In this document: positions 12,928 to 24,900 of the stretch, in pieces
Layout: every line of letters starts with the position of its first letter
Position numbering within the stretch: the stretch's first letter is position 1
NCBI GenBank assembly: GCA_965603825.1
Contig: CBFDEM010000020.1
Coordinates: 248,001-312,000 of the forward strand
Source: Blepharisma stoltei ATCC 30299
Taxonomy: Eukaryota > Protista > Ciliophora
Length of the DNA: 64,000 bases
Reading direction: 5' to 3'
Made by a program: the position numbers and the translations under genes
The notes under the pieces: model-generated
The model's database searches: none
What the model was told of the DNA's origin: nothing
The model's input: only the letters and a program-made list of their open reading frames with translations

Positions 12928-15900
12928 TTAAATATTAAGAAATTGCTTTAATTTTTCTATCTGATTTACGTCTTCTCTATTAAGGATAAGCACATCATTC
13001 AATTTTCGAAGTATATGATTTCTATGCATATTGAATTCTCCTTTAAAATTATTTGAATGATATAAAAATATAGAGTTTGTTTTAGGCCACAAGACTATTT
13101 TTCTATTTGGAATGTAAAATGGTAATCAAATCCCATCTATAAATGACTCAGTTTTTACAGTAAAATCGCTTTTATTCAATGCTGATTTTATAAGATTGAT
13201 GAACGACGTATCAATTCCAAAATAGTTGAAATAATCAAACTCACGCCAGTATTGTCGAGTTTTTTGATCAAGAATATCTACTCCTTTAAAATCTGGGTCC
13301 ATTCTAATATGATTTGCAAGTAAAAAGTGTTTGAAAGTAGGCTGCTCACAGTCAAAATATTGGCTGTTCTCTATATGTCTCATTATAGTTGATTTATCTG
13401 CGTTAAAAGAAATCAGCCCGTATATCCAGTTTATATGCTCTAAGTCATTTTGAAATATAATTTCTTTATTCTCAGCATAATCTATGAGATTTTGGGCCAT
13501 ATCTGTTGCCCATTTCTGCTTTTCAAATCTTAAATCTGCCAAACATGAAATCGTCCCTGCCAGATAGCTTGAACTAAAGTTATCTGCATTATTGCAAACA
13601 GCTAAAATAGCATCTTTGCTAGATATCCCAACAGTTTTCATTTTTTCAATCAGCATATCTCTCGAGTTTTCATTATTTTGATATTTAGAATAGGTGCTAT
13701 TTTTCGATATTATAAATCCAAAATTTAAACCCTCAAACATTTGCTTATTGGCTAAATTAAGCATGAATTCAAGGTCTTTAAATTTTAAATATCCAATATT
13801 TTGCAAAATCAATTCCTTTGTTAGAGATGATATCGTCTTAAAAAGATCTAAATGCTGATTTATATTCACTTCTCAAAGCCTCCTAAGCATCGTTATCATA
13901 TAAAAAATCCCAACTGATAGCTCTAAATTTGGAATGGTTTTATTTAAAAAATTGCTAATAAATCTATCAATTTCTTTAGTTTCTGGATGATATCAATATT
14001 TATCAATTGCTCTGGTAATGAATTGAGGATCTAATTTATCATTAAAAATTTTTTTTATAAGACTTTCCCTTAGCTTCATATCAGAGCATTTTGAAGAAAT
14101 CGCTAATATGCTCCATCGATCATTTTCCTTCATATAAGCATAATTAGAGACAATTTGATCAGCTAGTTCTGCATCTAGTTTTCCTAAAATTGCTGCAAGG
14201 GATAAGATTTTGATATTGTTTTTACTGAAAATAGTTTCAATTGGTGAATCTTTTATTAGCAAGTTGGATGCACCAGCAAATAAATCTTCCATTATGCTGA
14301 AGTCAGAATTTGCTAATAGATGTGAAAAGCATTGATTTTGTCGATAAATATATTCCTCATTTAATAAATAATAAGGATCCATCCTATTTAGAATCTGGGC
14401 AAAGTCATTAAGCACTTCTGCATCATGCACTTCAATAATTCTTTTCATCGACTCACCTATTCATCTTGTTGAAAGATTATTTTTATAAGCTTGCAATATA
14501 AAAATTATTGCTTTAAAAGATCCCTTATAAAATCTTATTGCTTTTCAAACTTCTTCTGATGAAAATAATTTTTTATTTTCAATAAAAAAATCTTCCCACT
14601 TCGCAGGATCAGATTCGTAAAATAACATTGAAAAATATAATCTATTAATACTTGAATCTCATGTTTTTAAGGAATTATAAACCTCATGCTGTAATGGTTT
14701 TAAAACTTTAGAGTATTTCGAACTATAGTCATTATAACTTATCAATTGGCAAAATTTTGAAATATTAGCTCTTCTTAAAGAAAGCCATACTTTTAGGTCA
14801 TCTATCAAAACGTCTTTAATTTTTCCCAGACCATGCAGCTGGGATGCTTTTAAACTTTCAATGGTTCTCAAAATATCTAATTTGTAGGAAATTTCAAAAT
14901 CTTTAATTTTCGTACCATCAATATATATAAGTTTTTTGACTATGATAAAATCTGTTAAGGGAATAAGTTTTCCTTTGTTATTGATGAATATCTTCTTAGC
15001 TTTTTGAAACAGCTCCAAACTTTGATCAGGCAAAGAAGTTGTGTTCTTTAATTGCTCTGCTAATAATTGGGCAGTTTGGGAATTAACAATTGGCTTCAGA
15101 AGATCCAGTATTTCCTTTAAGTTCTCTACTCCTATGAATTTGCAAGACAATTTTGAATTTATTATTTTAAAGCATTTTGAAATTATTTTTTCGATAATAA
15201 TAGCATTCTTTGATTCTTCTTTCAACAAAAAAGCCAATTTAATTACAAATTCAATAGGCTGTTCATCTTCAAGCAGTTTATCAACTCTCTCTAATACTTG
15301 AAAGTATGCATCCCTATCAAAGCGATTATGATTCTTATAAAATTCAAGAACTAAAAGTAAATCATTATCTTTTCATCTTGGAATAGTTTTTTCTATAGCT
15401 TTTGCAAAGATTTTAAAGCTTTCTTTGAAATCTATTTTTGATAATGAATGCAAAATTTTTGCCAAAGATTTCATATCAAGCTCTTCTTGGCTGCTAAGCT
15501 GAAGGATTCTGCTCATGAACTTTTCAGAAGAAAAAAGGTGTTTGCCATATCCAATAAAAATTTGTGAAATTTCTTCCAAAGTTAATGATGATGAGTCATT
15601 AACAATTTTTTCAATTTCATTTTTAATCTCTTCAATAAAAAATCCTAAAGGGACTACATTTTCATAAATTCATAAAATTTGCTTTCGACTAAAAGAATGA
15701 CTAGATATAAGCTCATTTATGCGAGAAATCAATATTTTCTTTTTATTTCGTGGTAAATAATAAGTATTGAATGATTTATCTGAGCCCGAAATTCATTCAC
15801 AATAATTGAGTACCCCTTGAGATTCGAGTTTATTTAAATTATTTTCAACTTCGCTTATGATTTGATCTAGCTTGCCTATTGCTTCTATTAAACTATTTTT

Positions 15901-16092
15901 TGGAACATCTTTAGCAATTTTAAGTGTGTAAGCAAGCATTGGAAGAGATGCTCTTGGTATATCTATTCCGTCTAGAAATGAATTGAAATTTTTAGAACTC
16001 AAAAATTTCATGTCAATTATAGCTTTGTTAACCCCCTGCATCTGTGCAAATGATCGAGATGAAGTTTTGATTAAAAACCTTATCCCCAACAT
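12928..16092 (-). CDS. Putative mitochondrial helical-repeat/RAP-like protein, copy 3 (1054 aa)
   Basis: Near-identical to copies 1 and 2. Single frame; TAA at 12928-12930. Confidence 0.8.
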
Positions 16093-16365
16093 TTTTATAA
16101 ATACTTATTTTAGACTTTTGACAAATTTATTTGCGTATATTTGTAAGATTATAGGAATTTCACGTCTAATTAGATTGGATCATTTTTAGCTATTTGATAA
16201 ATGATTTCATTCTTATAATACTTTGAAAATTAGTTTACTTATCAAATCAAACATACAAAAATTTAAACACTAATAATTTTTTTTACCATAAATTATTAAC
16301 TTATACAATTACTTTAGAGTTGCGCAATAATGGTCATATTTTAAAAATTTTATAAACTATAAATT

Positions 16366-17286
16366 TTAAAGAAAATAGTCCATTACTGGATTTTTATTAG
16401 GAGGGTCTCTTGCGTCAGCAGGGGCAGCTTCAAAAGTTTTGTAAGAACGGTTTAAATGCTCATCTAGCTCTAAAATCGCAGCGACATTACCGCATCGATA
16501 ACAATAATTAGGAGCAGACCAGACTGTAACTAGAGTGTCATTAAACATAATTTTGTAGCCTTCCATTACAAGCTGATGTGCTCGGCATATAAGCTCAATG
16601 TTATTTTCATTATTCCATTTCGATACTATATCTCTTCCAAATAGCCAGCCTGCTCCTCTAGGACTTATACTCCAGCCATTAGTTTCTTCAGGGTCTGACC
16701 ACATTAAATCACACATCGTCCCTTCATGCGGAACTTCTTGCTTCCTATCAATTGCTCTAATTTCATCAATGCTTTGTATTGTAGGACTCAGCCCTCCATG
16801 GACACAAAAAATCCTATCATCAATCAGTGCAGCCAATGCCAAATAGTCAAAGACCTCAGTGCAGTATCTCCATACATTGACTGATCCATACTTTCTTAAG
16901 CATTCATCATAAAATCCATAGACCTGCGTAATTTGTCTGCTTTCATGATTTCCTCTGATGAGCGTAATTCTGTCTGGATATCTGACCTTTAATGCTAGCA
17001 AAAGCAAAAATGTTTCGATGCTATTTAAGCCTCTATCAACAAAGTCACCCATAAATAAATAATTTGTAATAGGCAGTTCGCCGCCTACTAAGAAAAGTTC
17101 GCAGAGATCATGAAATTGTCCATGTATGTCCCCACAAATAGTAACTGGAGCGTTGATAGGCTGAACATTGCTTTCTTCAGCTAGAATTTCTCTGGCTCTT
17201 AGACATAGCTGCTTCACTTCTGATTCTTTGATGTACTCGCACCTTCGAAGCTGCTCTATTTGATGATCAAGATCAGCTGTTGACAT
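16366..17286 (-). CDS. PPP4C: Ser/Thr protein phosphatase 4 catalytic subunit
   Basis: [48 protein letters not shown] and C-terminal DYFL. The true start is the ATG at 17286. Confidence 0.93.
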   Translation of the reverse strand: MSTADLDHQIEQLRRCEYIKESEVKQLCLRAREILAEESNVQPINAPVTICGDIHGQFHDLCELFLVGGELPITNYLFMGDFVDRGLNSIETFLLLLALKVRYPDRITLIRGNHESRQITQVYGFYDECLRKYGSVNVWRYCTEVFDYLALAALIDDRIFCVHGGLSPTIQSIDEIRAIDRKQEVPHEGTMCDLMWSDPEETNGWSISPRGAGWLFGRDIVSKWNNENNIELICRAHQLVMEGYKIMFNDTLVTVWSAPNYCYRCGNVAAILELDEHLNRSYKTFEAAPADARDPPNKNPVMDYFL

Positions 17287-17303
17287 TTCTTTTAAATTTT
17301 TAT

Positions 17304-18035
17304 ATGGATTCAAGCAGCTCTGAAGATTCCTTGAATTATTTAGAAGAATCAAGTGAAGAAAGCAATGAGAAATACTATTATCAGCCACTCAGTACACCAG
17401 AGCTAGCGAGAGATGAAGAGCGAAAAGAAAGAAATAAGCGCAGTAAATCCCTTAAAGAAGGAACACAAAAAATTATGGAAAACCGTACAAGAACTTGATT
17501 GAAAAAGCATGGTAAAAAAAATTATATTGATTTTGATGAGAAAATGAGGAATGAATTAAGGAAATATTTTCTTTCAATGGATGAAGATGGATCAGGAAGC
17601 ATTGGCGTTGAAGAATTAATGGAGCCTATGCTAGCTTTAGGGCTTGCTGAAAATAAAGAACAAGTGCAAACTCTGTTTAATCAGGTTGATAAAGATCATT
17701 CAGGAGAAATTGAATTTAATGAATTTTTGTCAATTGTTAGAAGAGGGGAACATAACTCGCCTATCGGGAATTTTTTCCAGGGAATTACATCAGGGAAAAT
17801 AATGCCCGGGTCAAAGAATTTACCGTTTAAGTTGGTCGTGAGCAATTATAGGAGGAAAATGATAATGGAAGCTGTAATGGGAAACGATTTGAGTAGAAAA
17901 GTAAAAGGTGAAAGAATCATGAAGGCAACAGCAAAACTGTTAGAGGCTGAAACTGAAAAACTAAGAACACAACACCCTGAGTATATGAAAAGGAAAACTA
18001 TGATTGAAATAAATAGAATGCAGAAAAAACAATAA
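17304..18035 (+). CDS. EF-hand protein
   Basis: Two ORFs joined by TGA(17496-17498)=Trp. EF loops [12 protein letters not shown] and [12 protein letters not shown]. Confidence 0.85.
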
Positions 18036-18102
18036 TAATGTATCATAAAGATCTATGAAATATTTTTTAAAACGAAAATTTATTTTATCAAAAATTAATA
18101 AA

Positions 18103-18897
18103 TTAATTATCAAAAACGCTATGCTTCATTAAAATCGAAGTAAAATTTTGATATTCAAACCGATACAGTTCACATTGTGTATCTAACTCCTGTACATATA
18201 ATGCTACAGGGCCTTGAGTAGGAGTTTCATCTATCCCCAGCTGATCTTTTCTTGCTTTTAATACAATTGCTTCAGCTAGCTTTGGCATTGAAGCACTCGA
18301 TAAATCGTTTTTTAGCAGCGAAAGATCAGCTAAAAACCATGAATATTTAGCTATTTCTTCAATTGAATTCTGTATAAAATATTCCAAATAATCATATAGT
18401 GTAGGTATAAAGACATTATAATTCACTATATTTAAAATATCTTTTTCCATTGCCAAAATACTTTCCTTTGATATCTTTCCATGTGCTATATTTTCATGCG
18501 CATTTTTAAGTGTCAACTGCTTTATATCTTCATATTTTGAAGCTATAAACATAGAGGCTACCCCTATTACATGCAAATCCAAAGGAACTAGTCCTGAGGA
18601 ATTAGCTATATAAATATCGAGCAGTTTTACAGCTAAAAATAACGTCCTCGATGATGAGTGAAATGAATGTAAAACTTCTATCATCCAGTCTACGAGCTTA
18701 GCGCGAATTCTTTCGGTGATATAATGATGAGTGAATGCTTCATCTAAGTTATATGAAACATCAAATGATTTTAAAAGCATTAAATGCTCGCTAAGAGGAG
18801 CAGGCTTTTCAGGCTTGTGAGTAAGACTTCGGGTTCTCCTTGATCGAGACTTGGTGAGGGGATTATAATTTTCTTTATTTGAGGAGTTGAGATTCAT
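18103..18897 (-). CDS. A/B-type cyclin
   Basis: Cyclin box RAKLVDWMIEV...TLFLAVKLLD...MFIASKYED...MEKDIL and an N-terminal KEN motif. First ATG at 18897. Confidence 0.88.
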   Translation of the reverse strand: MNLNSSNKENYNPLTKSRSRRTRSLTHKPEKPAPLSEHLMLLKSFDVSYNLDEAFTHHYITERIRAKLVDWMIEVLHSFHSSSRTLFLAVKLLDIYIANSSGLVPLDLHVIGVASMFIASKYEDIKQLTLKNAHENIAHGKISKESILAMEKDILNIVNYNVFIPTLYDYLEYFIQNSIEEIAKYSWFLADLSLLKNDLSSASMPKLAEAIVLKARKDQLGIDETPTQGPVALYVQELDTQCELYRFEYQNFTSILMKHSVFDN

Positions 18898-18977
18898 TTG
18901 ATTCTTATAAGAAAAATCATCGTATGAAATTAAGTCATGCACTTTACTATGGATTTAAATTTTGAGTAAATATGAAA

Positions 18978-21749
18978 TTATTGAAAAGTGTTAAAATTTA
19001 AAAGATTTTGTTTTTGAAGCTCGTTTTCAGTAAATAAAAGCTTATCAGATAATTCGTTGATAGTTTCTTCAAGTGAGCTAATAATATTTTCACAATAAAT
19101 TTTTACTTGGTTGCCTTGATTTATCAATTGCCATTTATAATCCCCAATTATTCCTTGATTTTCTGTTAATTTTATCCTTGCTTTTTCATAGTTTTTGCTG
19201 CTTTCTTCTAGGTCTTTGCTAATTTTCTCTAATTCACTACTTCTTGAGCCTGGATTGTTCTAATTATAAATTACTTTCAGCTTACTAAGCTCTTCAGTCG
19301 CTCTATTTAGAACTATTTGTTGTTCTTGATTTTTTTGTGTCTGTTTTTCGATTTCTAGTGTCAAATCGTAAATGGTTTTCTCTTGTATGCGAATTTGATT
19401 TTCTTTTTGTTTTAAATTTTCTTCCATGCAATTAATATAGTTTCTAAAGTCATAATTTTGCTTAATTAACCCTGAATTCTGTTGAGAGCAATTTAAGTTC
19501 TCCGATCTAATTTTTTCAAATGAGAGCAAGAGAGATTTGTTTTCATTTTCTTTTTCTTCTATAATTTTATTCATTTTTTGGAGCTCTTCGCTAAATTCTG
19601 CATTTTTTCTGAGCTCTGATTCATATTCATCACTTTTGATTATTATTTCTTCATTTGCTGCTTGGTTGATATTTTCTAAATAATTTATTCTGGACTCATA
19701 TGAAATAATTTTTTCAGCTAGTTGCTGATTACTTATTTTAAAACTTGCAAAATTATTTTCATATATTTTTTCATTTTCCAGTAGTGATTCATATTTGTTT
19801 TTATATTCCTGGTAGCTGAACTGATAAGATTTCAAATTTTCTATTGTATTATAGCATTCATTAAGTTTCTGACTCAAGATTTCTTTTTCATTTTCAATTT
19901 CTTTTTTTTCATTCTCACTAACTTCCTAATTTTAATTTACAAGCCGCATTTTGAAATTTTCATAAGATGAATCCTCCTCCACATTTCAAGAACTTTCATC
20001 TTTATCTCTAATTAATTTCCTTTCATTATATCCTTGATGCTTTCTCTTTATTGGTAAATATATTGGACTGTTTACTCCGATATCATTTTGTATTTCAATT
20101 TTCAGCTCTTTATATCCTTTATATTTTTCCCAAACGTAGCAAAGTTGAGACTTATTAAATTTTACATAGAAATTCTCATTTTCAGTCTTTAACCTTTGAA
20201 TAATTTCCTCTTGTTCTTTTATTTTTTCCTCTTGATCAACTATTCTATAATACTGCGATTCAAGAAGAATTTCGTTTTGTTCTTCAGTAGCTGACATTGA
20301 TAAATATTTAGTTTCATATTTCTGAATTCTATAATATATTTAATAGCTAAATTAATTTTAAACATTTTTATAGATCATTTTCTCATCAAATTTGCTTTCA
20401 TCTAATTGCTTCTCAAGGTTTGCACATTGCTCAATTAATTCATTGATATTTTCTTCAAGAAAATTGATTTTATTTTCATAATAAAATTTTGTTTTGCTGT
20501 CAAAGCTGCAGATTTGCTTTTTCATATCTTCGATAATTGAACAGTCTTCAATTGATTTTTGCCTTAGGAGTTCATATTTTTCGTTTGCTTCATTTAGCTC
20601 TTGCTCCAACTTTTTAATATTTTCAGCTTGGCTGCTTAAACCCAGTGATTGATCTGGTGCTTCTTTATTCATTTTTAATAGCTGATCCTGCATCATATTC
20701 AAATTTAATTGGTATTGGCAATTTTTTATATTCAACTGATTAAATTCTTCATATAACTTATCAGTTTTTAATAGTAGTTCTTGAATTTTTGCTTTATTTT
20801 TGATCTCTGAATCCTCTAATAATTTTATGTTTTTAACCAACTCATTCATTTCATTAATAGTTTTTTCCAAATAAAGCGTCTTTTCCTGATTTTCTTTTAA
20901 TAATCTCTCTTTTTCTTCTTTATTCAGCTTATTTTCAGCCTCAATTTCAGATAATTTTATTCTATTTTGATTGGCCAATGAGCTTATTTCTTCAATTAAA
21001 TTATTTATTTCCTCATCTTTATTTAGTATAGTTTCTTCATTTTTTTGTATTACTTCACAAAAGAAATTTTTCTCATATTCGAATTTTTCAATTTTTTCTT
21101 CAAAATCATTTTTCTCCTTACTCCAATCTTCTTTACTCTTTGCCAATAATTGAGAATGCTTTTGAAAATCATCCTCCCATTCTTTTTCTTTGCTCTCATA
21201 TTTTGTTAGCATTTCTTTTGTTTCTAAATAATTTGTGAGTAGTTCATTATATTTTTGTTTTTTTGCATCCACTAAATTTTTTTCAATTATTAGCCTTTCT
21301 TTTACAGATTTCAAAGAACTTTCTAGTTCTGAATTTTTAATATTGCATAGTTTAATCTCTTGCTTTAATTCTTCAATTTTTCGATAATTATCAGCTTCTT
21401 TTATTTCAGTTGTTTCTATAATATCAGTACTTTGTTCATTTATATAAGTCTTAAAGCAGTCCATATGATTCTCTTGTCCCAATTCTATAATTATATTATT
21501 TTTTTCAAATATTTCAAAATCTTTTTCCCTAATCAATTTTGTTAATCCCAGATTTTCTTTCCTTAAATCTCCGTTATTTTTCTTTAAAATTTTGTCTTTT
21601 TCATATAACTCATTATATATACTTTCTAAGTCTTTATTTTTCTCCTCTGCTTTATTTAAGATCTCCTATGTAAATTCTACATTTATTTTCTCAAGCTCTT
21701 TCTCCAAATTTAGTATTTTTTGGCTCATATGGATTACTCTTTCCTCCAT
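18978..21749 (-). CDS. Long E/K/N-rich coiled-coil protein (three 15-nt introns; one unresolved interruption at ~20322-20372)
   Basis: ATG at 21749 and TAA at 18978. All segments are in one frame. It could instead be two genes split at ~20300-20358. Confidence 0.65.
19260..19274 (-). other. 15-nt spliceosomal intron GTAATTTATAATTAG
   Basis: Removal deletes an in-frame TAG and the coiled-coil frame continues. Confidence 0.85.
19926..19940 (-). other. 15-nt intron GTAAATTAAAATTAG
   Basis: Removal deletes two in-frame stops and joins the flanking ORFs. Confidence 0.85.
21666..21680 (-). other. 15-nt intron GTAGAATTTACATAG
   Basis: Removal deletes an in-frame TAG and links ATG 21749 to the 392-aa ORF. 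Confidence 0.85.
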
Positions 21750-21987
21750 AATAAAATTATAAATAAAGTATTAATTTCTAAAGCATTGATAATTTATTTA
21801 ATCTTTCAATTTGGTAAAAAATATATACCTGAAAATTCTAAAAATCTGGCCTCCTCAAATACAGCTGTTTGGCAAACTTATAATGATTGAATACAAAGAC
21901 CTAAAATCTATATCAATATCACTCTACAAAACAAAATAACTTCTTATAAATATATATAAATTAGAATAACTTTAAGTTAACTTATTA

Positions 21988-24900
21988 TTATCTGTTTAGA
22001 AATTCATGGCCATGCTCTTCAAAATACTGCGCAAAGCCTCCTATCATCCTTAGCCCTTTAAGAATTTTATCATCACATAGCAGGGCTAGCATTTGATGGA
22101 TTCTCACTTCAGTAATTTCTATGTTTCCTCCAGAAGAATTCCTAGTCTGTGTTGATTTCTCATTAGGGTTCTGTCCTGAATATTCATCTAAGCTTGACTC
22201 GTATTCATTTTCATATTGTACATGCTCTTCTCTTATAGAATCAAAGGTATTGTAATGAATTTTTGATTTTTTGCCTCCAGATTCTAATGACAGCGCAGGG
22301 GATGAAGCTCTTTCTACGTTTATGCTGCTGGCGTCTACAAAGTCTTCTTGATTTTCTCCGAAGCTTGGCTGGCGGTATTGTCGCTGGTCTATATTATGAG
22401 GTTTAAAATGAAGCATTTCTTGGGTTTCTTGACTGTAATTTTCAGATAAGGCGTCTTTAAAAGGATAAGCTTGCTCATTTTCTGGGAATTCTCCTGTTCC
22501 CCTCTGCTGGAGCTCTGGTTCTGAATGTTCTTCAATTAAAATTTCATTGGAGCCTTCAGAGATTTCATGTTTATTTTCTGAATTCTCACTCTTTCTAGAA
22601 ATTGGTGACTGATTTGCATACATTTTAGGAGATTTCGACTCTTCATTTTTTGACTGAGATGAGACCTGAGACTTTGAGTCTTCATTTTTTGACTTAGAAG
22701 AGGTCTGAGACTTTGAGTCTTCATTTTTTGACTTAGAAGAGGTCTGCGACTTTTTATCATCATTTTTTGATTTAGAAGAGTACTGGGATTTTACAGAAGT
22801 TTGGCTTTTATTGTCAAAACTTTCATCTCTTATAGGCTCTTCAATGTCTTCAGGCATTGGAGACTGTGATAATGGAGACAGTTTGGCTGATGGCGAACTA
22901 TTTGGAGAATTTCCAAGAGGTGTCGAATTTTTTGAGCTAGAATCTTGAGATTTAGCTGGAGATGAATGTTTTGAGCCAGAACTTTTGGCTGGCGAAGCTT
23001 CTTGCTTTGATTTACTGCTTTGAAGTAATATCTTTGTAGGAGAATCGGTAGTCATCTCAGAAGGATTTTCGCTTGATTCTATTTTTGTAGGAGACTGCTC
23101 AGTCAAAATGATTTGGTCTTCACATACAATGGAATCGTCTTTAATTGGGCTGGTTATTATACTCAATGTATTCCCATATGGGGAATTTTCTATTATTTTT
23201 GATTCTTCTCTAGATAATTCTGAGTCAGCTTTTGAGCTTCCTATAAGATTTCCTTTCACTCTTATGACTCCTTCGCTGTTTTCTGGACTTTCAGGACTTC
23301 TTCTATTTCCTAAGACTGGCTCATAAGATCTTCCAGGCAGCCCTGTGCTTTTTCCGCCCCTGACTTTGACTTTTTCAGGTTTTTTTACAATGGCTTGGGG
23401 TTGCTCAATTTCAACTATTTCTTCTTCTACAGAATACTCTATTTGACTTTTCTCATTTTCCCCACCTTTTATATCCTCAACTGGGAATTTTGGTGAATCT
23501 TTACCAACTTTTTCTTGGCTTGAGGTAGATTTTTGTATATTTTCTTCATCTTTAAATATATTGATGGTGCTATCTACCACAATTTCTGGGTTTTTCATTT
23601 CATATATTTCTTCTATTGCTTGTGAAATTGGCATTGATTTTAATGAACTTAAATCATCTTCTCCTATATCTGACTTTGTATGCTGATACTCTTGAGCACT
23701 GCAGACGCTTTTCTTTGAAGAAAAGCTTAAATCTTTATTAGATTTTTTATCTTTGTTTGACATTTGTTCAATTATTGACTGCTTTATTGACTTTGTTTTT
23801 TCTCCTCCCCTTTGCAATGTAAATGAGTCATTTTTAGCATCTTCTTTTATGGATATTTGAGACCTTGGTGTTTTTATGTCCGATTTGGAATCATCAAGGA
23901 TCTGGCCTTTAGATTCGTCTAATCTTTTTGAGGCTTGGCTTCGTGTTTCATCTTGTTGTTGCTCATTTTTAGAAGTTGTTTGGCTCCTTGGGGTTGTTAT
24001 TTCAGCTCCTGGCTTCTCATTTCTCTTATATTCAAACGGATCAGTTTTTACTTCATCTTGCTCACTTCTTTGTGCTGCTTGAGATCTTGGAGTCCTAATT
24101 TCATTTCTTGGTGTTGATGCACCATTTTTCTTTGCTAGATCTGCTCGACTTGGAGTTGTTTTCCTTGCGTTTTCTCTTACCGCAATGTAGTTATCATTTT
24201 CTTTTCTTCCACCAGTGCTTCTTTCTACACTGTAAGAAGATGACTTTAGTTTTTTAGGAGTAATCAAATCACTTTTCTTTTCCTGGAGCTCTTCAAGTCG
24301 CTGCCGTTCTCTATTTAGCTCTTCAAGTTTTTGCCTCTCTTTATTGATTTTTTCTTTAATATTATCATTTTTTATATCATCTGCATTTGAAATAGTAGCT
24401 ACCATTGACTTGCAGACTCCTTTAGTCCTATTTGAGTATTCAGCTCTTCGGATTACAACCCTTTTCCTTTCTTCTTCTTTTACATTTTCAATAGCAGCAG
24501 GGTTGTAGTAAAACGACTCTTGAACTGATTTGGCTTCTTTATAATTTAAAGCTGTCAGCTCCGTTTTGGGGGCTGGGTACACTTCTTTATAATGAATTTC
24601 ATTTATGACTACCCCATCTTCATTGGCTGGGTCTTCTTCAATGATTTTAAATGATCGATCAACGTCAGAATCCCACTCTTCTGGCTTAGAATTAGTCTCA
24701 ATAATTTTTTTCTTTATTTCAGCGACCTCGTTTTTATCGCCAATTGAATTTCTTTTTACTACTTTGACCAGTTTTGAATAAGAATTTGAATTCTCTGTGC
24801 AGTTTTCTGCAGTGTCGAACTTATTGCTAGGCCGAATTTTTGGAGGGCTTTCATGGAATGAGCCTTCTATTGAGGTTTCAATGGCTTTGGTACCACATAC

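Noticed and set aside
17287-17388. 34-aa N-terminal extension of PP4c in the ORF track
   Set aside because: It starts at a non-ATG codon and overlaps the opposite-strand gene; homology begins at MSTADLD.
22635-22795. CRISPR-like array
   Set aside because: In-frame coding tandem repeat without spacers; eukaryotic context and no cas genes.
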